A DNA stretch of 64,000 bases, from assembly GCA_944325025.1 (NCBI GenBank), contig CALUYN010000005.1:14478-78477 (forward strand). The letters are read 5' to 3'. The DNA comes from Candidatus Gastranaerophilales bacterium (GTDB lineage Bacteria; Cyanobacteriota; Vampirovibrionia; Gastranaerophilales; Gastranaerophilaceae). Shown here piece after piece: positions 25,235-35,185 of this stretch; position 1 is the stretch's first letter; every line of letters begins with the position of its first letter. A program made the position numbers and the translations under genes. The notes beneath the pieces were generated by a model. The model had not been told where the DNA came from and did no database searches. It was given only the letters and a program-made list of their open reading frames with translations.

Positions 25235-28087
25235 ATGGGGAATAGTAAAACACTTATTTTAATTGACGGACATGCTCTTGCGTTCAGGCAGTATTATGCT
25301 CTTGAACGTACGAATATGAAAACATCAGATGGTACTCCGACCTGGGCTGTTTATGGATTTTTTAAGGCTGTTTTTGACCTGTTGAAAAACGATAATTTAA
25401 AAGCTGATGCAATAGCCGTTGCATTTGATGTAAGTCATCATACATTCAGAACGGAAACTTATACTGAATATAAAAGTAACCGTGAAGCCATGCCTGATAA
25501 TATGAGAGTGCAAATGGAACTTATATATGAAGGGTTAAGGGCTTTTAATATTCCTATTTATACAAAAGAAGGCTATGAAGCTGATGATGTTATAGGAACA
25601 ATTTCAAAAGAAGCATGTGAACTCGGGAATAAGGTTTTAATCCTGACCGGCGATCAAGACGCTTTTCAGCTTGTGGATAAAGAAGGATGTGTTAAAGTTA
25701 TTCTTCCGTCTAAAGGTGAACTTGTTGAATACAACTGGGATAAGATTTATGAAAAATTAGGTGTTTATCCTAATCAGGTCATTGATTATAAGGGACTCAG
25801 AGGTGATGTGTCAGACTGTATTCCGGGCGTAAAAGGCATTGGCGAAAAAACTGCTCAAAAACTTCTCGCAAAATACGGAACACTTGATAATATTCTTGCA
25901 GATTGCGAGAATATTCCTGAAAAATCTGTAAGAGAAAAGATTTGTGCAGGAAAAGAACAGGCAAAAATGAGCCAGTATCTTGCAACAATTGTAAGAAACC
26001 TTGATATTAATTTTGATTTTGACAAAACTAAAGTTGAACTGCCGCCGATTTCTGTTGTAACAGAGTATCTTAAAAAGATGCAGTTTTATACATTTATAAA
26101 GAATATAAATGAAATTATGTACTCTTTTGATAAAGTTGAGCGAACAACACCTGTTGTATTGCCTGATAATAGCGGAAGCTGTCAGCTCGGATTTTTTTCA
26201 GAAGCTGTAAACGAAGAAATTAATAAAGAATCAGGGTATAACAGTAAAAATAAACTGATTGTTGATACTGCTGATTTAGATAGCCTTGTCGAGGAGTTAA
26301 ACAAACAATCTCTTGCCGCTTTTAAAGTATATGCAAATATAATAAGTGCAGTAAGAGCTGAAATTGTCGGGATTTCATTTGCATATAGTTCGGACATAAC
26401 CGCTGATAAAAGAATTAGTTATTCTAATTCAGGTACTGTTTATAGTAGTTTTTATATTCCGTTTGACCATTCAAATATTCAAAATCAGTTGCGTACAGCC
26501 GATGTATTGGATAAGTTAAAGCCATTTTTTGAAAATGAGCAGATAAAAAAAGTAACTCATAATGCAAAAAGTGCCTATAATGTATTGAGATGTTTTGAAA
26601 TTTTGTCAAATGGAATAATTTTTGACACAATGCTTGCAAGTTACGTAAAAGATCCGCAGAGAAATCATGAACTTGATATTCAGGCAATGGAGCACTTAAG
26701 TCATGCTATTATTCCTTTTGCATCGTTTGAAAAAGACAAGAAAAAACAAATTAAATTGAGTGATGCGCCTGTAGAAAGTGTTTTAACTCATACTTGCGAT
26801 GAGATAGTTTCTGTGCTTGAACTTGCAAAATATTGGACTGCAGAGCTTGATGAAAAAGAACTTGATATTGTTTATAATATTGAAATGCCTTTGACGTTTG
26901 TTCTTGCTGATATGGAATATGACGGGGTTTCTGTGGATGAAATGTATCTTGCACAGCTTACTGTTTCAATGAATTTGGAACTTTCACATATTGAAGAAAA
27001 AATATTTAAACTTGCAGGCTGTCATTTTAATATAAATTCTCCGCGTCAGGTAGGCGAAGTTCTGTTTGATAAAATGGGGATTAAAGCTAAGAAAAAACGC
27101 GGAAAGGCAAATTATTCTACAAATGCAGCTGTTTTGGAAGAATTAGCTGAGGAATATGAAATTGCGCAGCTAATTCTTGATTACAGAAAATATGCAAAAC
27201 TTAAATCAACTTACACAGAAGCATTGCCGGCGTTGATTGATATTAAAGACAGGCGGATTCATACTACGTATAATCAAACGGTTACAGCAACAGGCAGATT
27301 GTCATCTTCAAATCCTAATTTACAAAATATTCCTGTCAGAACTGAAGAAGGCAACAAAATAAGAAATGCATTTGTTCCGGAGGATAAAGAAAATTCGCTA
27401 ATTCTTTCTGCTGATTATTCTCAGATTGAGTTGCGCCTTTTAGCACATATTACGCAGGACAAGCATCTTCTTGAAGCCTTTAACAGCGGAATAGATGTAC
27501 ACACGCTTACTGCCTCAAAAGTTTTTGATGTTCCGGTCGAGCAGGTTACAAAAGATATGAGATACAAATCAAAGGCTGTAAATTTCGGAATTATTTACGG
27601 TCAGAGTAAATACGGACTCGCAAAGGCACTCGGAATTTCTAATGCGGAAGCTGAGGATTTTATAAATAAATATTTTGCAACTTATCCTCGTGTAAAAGCT
27701 TATATGGAAGGAACAGTTAAAGAAGCTGAAGAAAAGGGTTATGTCCAGACAATTTTTGGCCGCAAACGATATCTTTCTTCAGAACTTTCAAGTTCAAATG
27801 CAATGATAAGAGAATTTGCAAAACGTGCCGCAATTAATCAGCCTATGCAGGGTTCTGCCGCTGATTTAATGAAAATTGCAATGATAGAATTTTCTCGCAA
27901 ACTTAAGGAAAATAATTTAAAATCAAAGATGATTATTCAGGTTCATGATGAACTTGTTGTAGAAGTTTTAAAATCAGAACTGGAGGATGTAAAACGGCTT
28001 GTAAAAGAGGCTATGGAGCTTAATCAGCCTTTATCTGTCCCTCTGGTTATTGATATAAGTGTAGGTGAGTCGTGGAAAGAACAATAA
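25235..28087 (+). CDS. polA: DNA polymerase I
   Basis: 5'-3' exonuclease (LIDGH, EADDVIG, GDQD); TATGRLSSSNPNLQNIP, ADYSQIELR, KAVNFGIIYG, QVHDE. Confidence 0.97.
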   Translation: MGNSKTLILIDGHALAFRQYYALERTNMKTSDGTPTWAVYGFFKAVFDLLKNDNLKADAIAVAFDVSHHTFRTETYTEYKSNREAMPDNMRVQMELIYEGLRAFNIPIYTKEGYEADDVIGTISKEACELGNKVLILTGDQDAFQLVDKEGCVKVILPSKGELVEYNWDKIYEKLGVYPNQVIDYKGLRGDVSDCIPGVKGIGEKTAQKLLAKYGTLDNILADCENIPEKSVREKICAGKEQAKMSQYLATIVRNLDINFDFDKTKVELPPISVVTEYLKKMQFYTFIKNINEIMYSFDKVERTTPVVLPDNSGSCQLGFFSEAVNEEINKESGYNSKNKLIVDTADLDSLVEELNKQSLAAFKVYANIISAVRAEIVGISFAYSSDITADKRISYSNSGTVYSSFYIPFDHSNIQNQLRTADVLDKLKPFFENEQIKKVTHNAKSAYNVLRCFEILSNGIIFDTMLASYVKDPQRNHELDIQAMEHLSHAIIPFASFEKDKKKQIKLSDAPVESVLTHTCDEIVSVLELAKYWTAELDEKELDIVYNIEMPLTFVLADMEYDGVSVDEMYLAQLTVSMNLELSHIEEKIFKLAGCHFNINSPRQVGEVLFDKMGIKAKKKRGKANYSTNAAVLEELAEEYEIAQLILDYRKYAKLKSTYTEALPALIDIKDRRIHTTYNQTVTATGRLSSSNPNLQNIPVRTEEGNKIRNAFVPEDKENSLILSADYSQIELRLLAHITQDKHLLEAFNSGIDVHTLTASKVFDVPVEQVTKDMRYKSKAVNFGIIYGQSKYGLAKALGISNAEAEDFINKYFATYPRVKAYMEGTVKEAEEKGYVQTIFGRKRYLSSELSSSNAMIREFAKRAAINQPMQGSAADLMKIAMIEFSRKLKENNLKSKMIIQVHDELVVEVLKSELEDVKRLVKEAMELNQPLSVPLVIDISVGESWKEQ

Positions 28088-28494
28088 AACTTTTTATTTT
28101 ATCTTTTGTGGTATTTTTATCTTTTGCATTGCAGGTCAGAGCAGAAGACAGCCTGCTTTTGAGTAATTTGATTACTCCGCAGAATGTTAACTTTAATATT
28201 TGTACAAGAACTTATATTTTGCCGCAGGATAAGCTGTTTTATATGGCAATAGCAAGTGCAAATGCAAATAATTTTGACGTCGAGGAAATCCAATCTAAAA
28301 CGGGTTATATTTTATTTACTGCCGTTAATAAACAGTATCTTGCAAGTGTTGTTAAGGTGGATGACAAGCATTCTATGCTCAAGATTACTCCTACAAATAA
28401 CAATTACTTTTTCCCGCCGGGAGTTGTATTGAACTTTTTCAGATACATAGATTTGTACGGCGCAACTCCTCTTGTCAATGTTCCGAAAGTTTAA
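28072..28494 (+). CDS. Hypothetical exported protein
   Basis: N-terminal signal-like sequence ending VRA; overlaps the polA end. Confidence 0.7.
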   Translation: MERTIKLFILSFVVFLSFALQVRAEDSLLLSNLITPQNVNFNICTRTYILPQDKLFYMAIASANANNFDVEEIQSKTGYILFTAVNKQYLASVVKVDDKHSMLKITPTNNNYFFPPGVVLNFFRYIDLYGATPLVNVPKV

Positions 28495-29303
28495 TTATCT
28501 AATACTTTGTGAGCTTCGTTTACTATCCCATCAATATCAAAATTTTCCGGTTCGGTTTGTTCTGTTGAAAGCCATACAAGATATTCAATATTGCCGGAAG
28601 GACCTTTGATAGATGAATAAGTCAAGCCTTTGATTGAATAGCCGAGGCTTTTGGCAAATTTAAGAACGTTTTCAATAACTTCTTTGTGGACTTTTTTATC
28701 TCTTACAACGCCGCCTTTTTCAACTTTTTCTTTACCTGCTTCAAATTGCGGTTTTATAAGACAAATCATTTCATGAAAACCAGGATTAAGAAGTTTTTTT
28801 AAATTTTCAAGAACTTTTGTAAGAGAAATAAAAGATAAGTCGCTGACAAGTAAATCTGCAACGGGTTCGTTATCTTTATAAATGTCAGAAAATTGGCATA
28901 TTTTAAGGTTTGTTCTTTCTATTGTTTTTACACGGTTGTCAGAACGTATTTTCCAGTCCAACTGTCCGTATCCGACATCAACAGCGTATACAAATTTGGC
29001 ACCGTTTTGCAACAGACAGTCTGTAAATCCTCCGGTTGAAGCTCCTGCATCAAAACAAATTCTATTTTCTACACAAAAATAAAATGCATCAAGAGCTTTT
29101 TTCAGCTTAAAACCTCCGCGGGAAACATAAGGCATTGATTTAACTACAATATCGTATTCTTTTGAAGGATTTATTTGAAATCCTGCTTTTGTAATGTATT
29201 CATCATTGATTTTTACATGTCCTGCAAGAATAGCGGCTGAAGCCTTGCTTTTGGTTTCAAAATAGCCTAAATCTGTGAGATATTTGTCCAAACGTTCTTT
29301 CAT
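28491..29303 (-). CDS. tlyA: TlyA family rRNA 2'-O-methyltransferase
   Basis: S4 domain (KERLD), YVSRGGFKL, DAGASTGGFTD, DLSFISL, LIKPQFE. Confidence 0.95.
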   Translation of the reverse strand: MKERLDKYLTDLGYFETKSKASAAILAGHVKINDEYITKAGFQINPSKEYDIVVKSMPYVSRGGFKLKKALDAFYFCVENRICFDAGASTGGFTDCLLQNGAKFVYAVDVGYGQLDWKIRSDNRVKTIERTNLKICQFSDIYKDNEPVADLLVSDLSFISLTKVLENLKKLLNPGFHEMICLIKPQFEAGKEKVEKGGVVRDKKVHKEVIENVLKFAKSLGYSIKGLTYSSIKGPSGNIEYLVWLSTEQTEPENFDIDGIVNEAHKVLDN

Positions 29304-29341
29304 AAGAAAAGATTATCAAACATAAAACATAAAATCAAATT

Positions 29342-30441
29342 TTACCATGGATAGTCGTCTTTAATTTGCCAACCGTCAAGCATAATAAGTTTAGTACAGT
29401 ACAAATTTTCATATTTTTCCCCGTTTCCGGACATACAGTATGATTTTAATCTATCTCTGTCTGTATCAGGCCCCAAAGCCTCCAATTTCATTTTATTTAC
29501 TCCATCAAACTGAAATGCAAAAAAGTCTCTGCCTAAAATATTGGGCCCCTTTTTCCCATTTATGTCAACAAAAATAAGAGGATAAGTGTAAACAGATGTA
29601 CTGCCATTATATAACATAAATAAAGTGACTCCATTTGTTAATACTAATATATATGAAGGAGTAAACATATACTCTCTTCCATCTCTGGTCTTTGGATATT
29701 TATACCCTGCATATTCTATATTACTTGTCAATATTGGTTTTGTTAGCAGCTTTAGATAAGGAATAAGATATGTGTCAGCAAAAGATTTAATTAATTCTTT
29801 CGGCTGAGTCGGGTCATTCTGGTTCGGGGTTGAAGCTGCCATCCCCCAACTTGAAATATCTCCATAATCTGTCTGAGCATGTACTATCGCCTGTGATAAA
29901 ATGCTATATGTTTGTTCTAATCTTTTTGCCGCAATTTGTTTTTGGTACTTTACACTCATTCCGGGAATAGTAAGAGCTGCAACTACACCGATTATGCCGA
30001 AGGTGATAAGAACTTCCGCCAAGGTAAATGCGGCTTTACGAATATTGTGAGAGTGAGCTACGTGCGTAGCACCTTCCGCCAAGGTAAATGCCGCTAGTTT
30101 TTTTAGTGAAGAGTGAAGGGTGAAACGTGAAGAGAGTTTATTTTTAAGGCGATAAGACGATAAGACGTTAGGACGATAAGTCAGTTTCAGAGAATAAATG
30201 TCATCCTGAACGTCGGATTGACATCTGTATTTCAGCATCTCACTATCTTGTGATTGCGGATCAGCTGCGCTGTCCGCAATGACGAAAACAATAGAACCCT
30301 CAGGATTACATGACAAATACTGACATGAATTGTTTAACATGTCAGTGTGCGTAGTACACCCGCAATAACAATTTTTTAAATGTGTCGGGTCAAGCGGCAC
30401 GCTTGGGGGGGGGCAATTCTCAGCTTTTTATCTCTTTCCAT
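29342..30441 (-). CDS. Pilin-like protein, frameshifted at a C9 tract; putative phase-variable gene B
   Basis: SD AAAGGAG (30455-30449) + ATG 30441; C9 on the coding strand (G at 30405-30413); the current frame stops at 30378-30376. One more C joins it to the 352-aa track ORF (366 aa total) with AFTLAEVLITFGIIGVVAALTIP. Confidence 0.8.
30405..30413 (-). repeat. C9 homopolymer tract (coding strand)
   Basis: Nine consecutive G on the plus strand, beginning at codon 10 after the ATG. Confidence 0.9.
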
Positions 30442-30509
30442 AATTAAACTCCTTTATGTTTATCTACTTTTTATTATTGTTATTATTTTTTGTATTTTTG
30501 TCAAGAGTT

Positions 30510-31265
30510 TTAAATTTTGAATATTAGTTCTGATGTCTGAGCTGTTATTCTTATAACTTCCTCTAAAGTTATTCTGCGTAGTTTTGCGATTTCTTCAGCA
30601 ACAAATTTTACATATGCGGGCTGATTTTCCTGCCCGCGGTAAGGAACAGGTGTCAGGTATGGAGCATCCGTTTCAAGTAGTATGTGTTCAAGCGCAACTG
30701 CCTGTACAACTTCTTTCATCTTTACTGCGTTTTTAAATGTTACTACCCCGCCTATCCCGAGATACCAGCCTTCTTTTATACATTCTTTTGCAAATTCAAC
30801 GCTGCCTGAAAAGCAGTGCATAACAACTTTTGAGCCATTGTTGTATTCTTTTAAAATATCAAATGTATCTTTGTGTGCATCTCTATCATGGACGTCAATT
30901 GGAAGATTTAATTCGTTTGCAAGTTTAATCTGTTTTATAAAGATTTCTTTTTGCAAATCGTTAAAGCTTTTATCCCAGTAATAATCAAGCCCGACTTCTC
31001 CAATTGCAACAATTTTTTTATTTTGGGCAAGATTTTTTATTTCATTAATAAGTTTGTCATCCCAATCTTTTGCATCAGACGGGTGAACACCGAGCATCCC
31101 GTATACATTGTCATATTTATTAATGAGTTTCATAATTCCTTCAAAATCTTTAGGATTTGCTGCAGGAACTATTAGTTTATCCACGCCGTTTTCGTTTGCA
31201 TTTTTCAGAACATCTTCGACTGTAATGCCTTCTATCATATTTATGTGTGTATGTGTGTCTATCAT
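30510..31265 (-). CDS. tatD: TatD family deoxyribonuclease
   Basis: IDTHTH, GVHP, IGEVGLD, VHDR, MHCFSG, LETDAPYL. Confidence 0.93.
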   Translation of the reverse strand: MIDTHTHINMIEGITVEDVLKNANENGVDKLIVPAANPKDFEGIMKLINKYDNVYGMLGVHPSDAKDWDDKLINEIKNLAQNKKIVAIGEVGLDYYWDKSFNDLQKEIFIKQIKLANELNLPIDVHDRDAHKDTFDILKEYNNGSKVVMHCFSGSVEFAKECIKEGWYLGIGGVVTFKNAVKMKEVVQAVALEHILLETDAPYLTPVPYRGQENQPAYVKFVAEEIAKLRRITLEEVIRITAQTSELIFKI

Positions 31266-31304
31266 AATTTAATTGTAGCACGATTATTGTGATATAATAA
31301 AGGC

Positions 31305-32039
31305 ATGAAAGAGGGAAGTTTGAAATTATCAATAGGTCATCTTTATCCGAAACTTTTGAACCTTTATGGCGATATGGGAAACATAATAACGCTTACAAAA
31401 CGCTGCGAATGGCGCGGAATTGATGTTGAATATGACCCGATTGGCGTTGGTGACAGAATAAGAGAGCATGATTTATACTTTATAGGCGGCGGTCAGGACA
31501 GACAGCAAATAGAAGTTGCAGAAGAACTCTATAAACATAAAGATTTCTTGTTAGAAGAACGTGACAAGAATACTGTGTTTTTAGGTATCTGCGGCGGGTA
31601 TCAGCTTTTCGGACATTATTACCAACCATTTGAAGGGGATAAGCTGAAAGGCATAAGTTTGTTAGATGCTTATACGGTTGCAGGAAAAAAAAGATTTATC
31701 GGAAATGTTACTGTTGAAACTGATTTTTTAACTCCTGCTACACTTGTGGGGTTTGAAAACCACAGCGGGCTTACTTATATTCAAGGTGAAACAAAGCCAT
31801 TAGGAAAAGTTTCTGTTGGTAACGGAAACAACGGGCAAGATAAAACTGAGGGCGCAAGGTACAAAAATGTATTCGGGACTTATTTGCATGGCTCGCTTCT
31901 TCCCAAAAATCCTAATTTCGCTGATTATTTAATTGAACTTGCTCTTGAAAAGCGATATGGTGAAAAAATTGAATTGTCAAAACTTGATGATAAATTAGAA
32001 CTGGAAACTCACAATTCGCTAATAGGAAAGGCTTATTAA
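31305..32039 (+). CDS. CobQ/GatD-like type 1 glutamine amidotransferase
   Basis: LNLYGDMGN, GGGQD, ICGGYQL, FENHSG, TYLHGSLLPKN. Confidence 0.88.
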   Translation: MKEGSLKLSIGHLYPKLLNLYGDMGNIITLTKRCEWRGIDVEYDPIGVGDRIREHDLYFIGGGQDRQQIEVAEELYKHKDFLLEERDKNTVFLGICGGYQLFGHYYQPFEGDKLKGISLLDAYTVAGKKRFIGNVTVETDFLTPATLVGFENHSGLTYIQGETKPLGKVSVGNGNNGQDKTEGARYKNVFGTYLHGSLLPKNPNFADYLIELALEKRYGEKIELSKLDDKLELETHNSLIGKAY

Positions 32040-32464
32040 TGAGCAGAGAAACAGTTTTAAATTTGTATGATAAATGGTGCACAATACCGGATAAAATAAG
32101 ATTTTTGTTTATCGGCGGAGTTAATGCCGCGTTTTCCTACATAATTTTTGCAATAGCAGTTTATTTAATAGGTCAGGAGCATTATCAGATTTGTGTTGCT
32201 CTACAGTGGGCAATTTCTTCTGTTTTTTCGTTTGTAAATCAAAAAGTTTTTGTTTTTTGTACAAAGGGGCACTGGCTCAAAGAATATTTAAAATGCTGTA
32301 CAACCTGGGTTGTAAGTTATGCATTTAATGCTATTATTCTTGAAATAATTGTAAAATATGTGACCAAAAATGTTTATGTAGGACAGCTTGTTTCAATTTT
32401 GCTTGCTGCTGTTGTTACTTATGTGCTATTTAAATATTATGCATTCAGACATCATAAAAAATAG
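32039..32464 (+). CDS. GtrA family membrane protein
   Basis: RFLFIGGVNAAFSY, four TM segments, FVF motif. Confidence 0.85.
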   Translation: MSRETVLNLYDKWCTIPDKIRFLFIGGVNAAFSYIIFAIAVYLIGQEHYQICVALQWAISSVFSFVNQKVFVFCTKGHWLKEYLKCCTTWVVSYAFNAIILEIIVKYVTKNVYVGQLVSILLAAVVTYVLFKYYAFRHHKK

Positions 32465-32466
32465 GT

Positions 32467-33195
32467 TTATTTTAAATCTTGATTAAAATATCCTACGATA
32501 AATTTTAATTTTTTCATTGCTTCTTCATAAGTGAGTGTTAATGTTTCTAAAAAACGGTGGTCAAATATCTGTAAAGTTTTTTGTTGGCTGTCAATTTTTA
32601 CTATAGTGTAGCAATGATTGTCGCTCATCCCTTTATGCAATCCAAAAGCTGTTCCTGTGACAAAACTGCAAGGCTCAGAGCTGTCTATCTCTTGCAACAA
32701 CTCTTCTGCTTTATCTCTTTTAGATTTTAATGACAAATTTAATTCTCCTTCATTGAAAATAAGAGGTTTTCTTCCTGTAAACATTTCAAGGAAATTAGAT
32801 GGTTTGTTAAATTCAAATTTTTCGTTGCAGCTTGGAAATCTGCATATCCAAGGCTTTTTTGACGGATGATTTTTTATTAATTTATTCATTGCAACTTCAA
32901 TCGCTTTAATAATAGGATTATGAGGAATTTTTATTTCTATCGGATTATAGTATTTGTCCATGTATATAAGATTATCCATTTCTTTTTGAGTTACAAAATA
33001 ATCTTCTACCTTACCGTTGACATTGTTAAATCTTATGCGAAAACCGTCTTGTGTATGAGCTATATTCTCTGATAAGATTTTTCTTCCGTTTGAGGTATTT
33101 GTCAGTGCTCCGATTGATGATACAAGATAGCAGTCCTGAAAATGCTGTACTGCATATCTTAAATTTTGCATTTCTTCTAATCCTATAGGTTTCAT
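32467..33195 (-). CDS. Hypothetical protein, calpain-like cysteine peptidase motifs
   Basis: QHFQDCYLVSSIGAL and HCYTIV resemble peptidase C2 Cys and His motifs. Confidence 0.55.
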   Translation of the reverse strand: MKPIGLEEMQNLRYAVQHFQDCYLVSSIGALTNTSNGRKILSENIAHTQDGFRIRFNNVNGKVEDYFVTQKEMDNLIYMDKYYNPIEIKIPHNPIIKAIEVAMNKLIKNHPSKKPWICRFPSCNEKFEFNKPSNFLEMFTGRKPLIFNEGELNLSLKSKRDKAEELLQEIDSSEPCSFVTGTAFGLHKGMSDNHCYTIVKIDSQQKTLQIFDHRFLETLTLTYEEAMKKLKFIVGYFNQDLK

Positions 33196-33249
33196 ACCCG
33201 CTATAAAACATGTGAATGTGAAAAATTGCCTTTATTAAAAAGCGGTTAA

Positions 33250-34986
33250 TTACTTAACCGCTTTTATTATTTCAACAAGTTTTTGTGTGGCTTCTTCAGG
33301 TGTGTATTTTTCCTGTTCACCGGTTTCTCTGACCTTATATTCAACAAAGCCTTCGTTAATTGTTTTACCGACAGTAACTCTGAACGGGAAGCCTATTAAA
33401 TCAGCGTCCTTAAATTTTACACCGGCTCTTTCATCACGGTCGTCAAGAACAACTTCAACTCCTGCAGATTTTAAATCTTCATACATTTTTTCTGCAACTT
33501 TCATTTGAAGTTCATCGTTAATGTTAACAGGAACTATTACAACGTGATAAGGCGCAATTGCAATCGGCCATTTTATTCCGTGTTCATCGTAGTGAGCTTC
33601 AACCGCTGCAGCTGCTGTTCTTGAAATCCCTATCCCGTAACATCCCATTACATACGGGTGAGTTTTGCCGTTTACGTCAGTATATACAGCATTCATCGGC
33701 TTTGAATATTTTGTTCCGAGTTTAAAAATGTTACCGACTTCAATACCTTTTGTTACAAATAACGGTTTGCCGCACTGAGGACAGAATTCACCCTGTTGTA
33801 CAAGTCTGATATCAGCATACTTAATATTTTCTATCCCTAAATCTGATAAATTAGCGTCAACCATGTGTTTGTCTGTTTGATTAATTCCGACAACAAAGTT
33901 TTTCATATCACGGACAGTTTCATCTGCGATAATTTGTATTCCTGTCATTCCCTTTGGTCCGATAAAGCCGGGGACGGTATCAAATCCTTTTTCAGCCATA
34001 AGTTCTGCAATTTCTGCTGAGGAAGCTATTCTTATTTCAATACCGCCTGCAGCGTTCATTAACTTGGTTTCTTCAACTGCTTTGTCAGCTCTTATTAGCG
34101 CCAGAACAGGTTTTTTGTCTATGATATAAACCAGAGTTTTCAAAATCAATGTATCAGGAATATTTAAAAATTTGCTTAATTCCTCAATTGAGTGAGTGTT
34201 AGGAGTATCAAGTATTTTGGTTTCGTTAAAATATTCCTTGCCGTCAACTACAGTTTGAGGCAGATTCGATATAGCGTGGTTTGAATTTGCTGAATAATCG
34301 CAGGAATTGCAATAGAAAACGTCATTTTCGCCCGCATCTGTATCAGTGATTACCATAAATTCGTGTGAAACGCTTCCGCCTATTGCGCCTGAATCAGATT
34401 GAACCATTTTTGTTTCAAGTCCGCATCTTTCAAATATCTTTTTGTAAGCTTGAGCCATATTTTGATATTCTTTGTCAAGACCTTTTTCATCCAGGTCAAA
34501 GCTGTAGGCATCTTTCATAATAAATTCTCTGCCTCTTAAAAGCCCATATCTCGGTCTTATTTCATCGCGGAATTTTGATTGTATCTGGTAAAGATTTACA
34601 GGCAGCTGTTTGTAAGATTTTAATCCGTCACGTGCAACTGATGTAATAATTTCTTCGTGTGTAGGCCCGAGGCACATATCTCTGTCGTGGCGGTCTTTCA
34701 AACGCATCAATTCTTTTCCGTATACTTCCCATCTGCCAGATTCTTCCCAGAGTTCTTTTGGCTGAACAAACGGCATTAAAAGTTCCTGCGCGCCTGCTCT
34801 ATCCATTTCTTCTCTTACAATATTTTCAATCTTTTTTAAAACTCTCCACATCAAAGGCATATATGTGTAAATCCCCGGTGAAAGCTTTTTTATAAATCCT
34901 GCTCTGCCGAGCATTTTATGTGATATAACTTCTGCATCAGAAGGGTATTCTCTCAGGGTTTGTACAAATAATTTTGACATTTTCAT
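33250..34986 (-). CDS. proS: Proline--tRNA ligase (bacterial type with editing insertion)
   Basis: LGPTHEE, FRDEIRPRYGLLRGREF, GIEVGNIFKLG, MGCYGIG, DDRDER. Confidence 0.97.
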   Translation of the reverse strand: MKMSKLFVQTLREYPSDAEVISHKMLGRAGFIKKLSPGIYTYMPLMWRVLKKIENIVREEMDRAGAQELLMPFVQPKELWEESGRWEVYGKELMRLKDRHDRDMCLGPTHEEIITSVARDGLKSYKQLPVNLYQIQSKFRDEIRPRYGLLRGREFIMKDAYSFDLDEKGLDKEYQNMAQAYKKIFERCGLETKMVQSDSGAIGGSVSHEFMVITDTDAGENDVFYCNSCDYSANSNHAISNLPQTVVDGKEYFNETKILDTPNTHSIEELSKFLNIPDTLILKTLVYIIDKKPVLALIRADKAVEETKLMNAAGGIEIRIASSAEIAELMAEKGFDTVPGFIGPKGMTGIQIIADETVRDMKNFVVGINQTDKHMVDANLSDLGIENIKYADIRLVQQGEFCPQCGKPLFVTKGIEVGNIFKLGTKYSKPMNAVYTDVNGKTHPYVMGCYGIGISRTAAAAVEAHYDEHGIKWPIAIAPYHVVIVPVNINDELQMKVAEKMYEDLKSAGVEVVLDDRDERAGVKFKDADLIGFPFRVTVGKTINEGFVEYKVRETGEQEKYTPEEATQKLVEIIKAVK

Positions 34987-35118
34987 AGTAATTAATTCCT
35001 TATAAATTTTTCTTATGTTTTTATTTTATCATAAAAAAAATAGTCTTGAACTTTCTTTTTCCTCTCCCATAGGAGAGGGAGCTGCGCACGCCATGTTAGG
35101 CGATATAGAAAATTTGAT

Positions 35119-35147
35119 AAAAAAAAGAGGCTGATTTCACAGCCTCT
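35119..35147 (-). terminator. Terminator of 35186-36016
   Basis: Minus strand AGAGGCTG-TGAAAT-CAGCCTCT followed by a U tract. Confidence 0.75.
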
Positions 35148-35185
35148 ACTACACTTTCACACTACTAAAATTATATATTTGGGGG

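Noticed and set aside
19354-30441. Diversity-generating retroelement acting on the pilin-like genes
   Set aside because: No reverse transcriptase and no TR/VR pair differing only at adenines is visible; cannot be excluded elsewhere in the genome.
34987-35110. T-box riboswitch upstream of proS
   Set aside because: No T-box consensus and the leader is too short.
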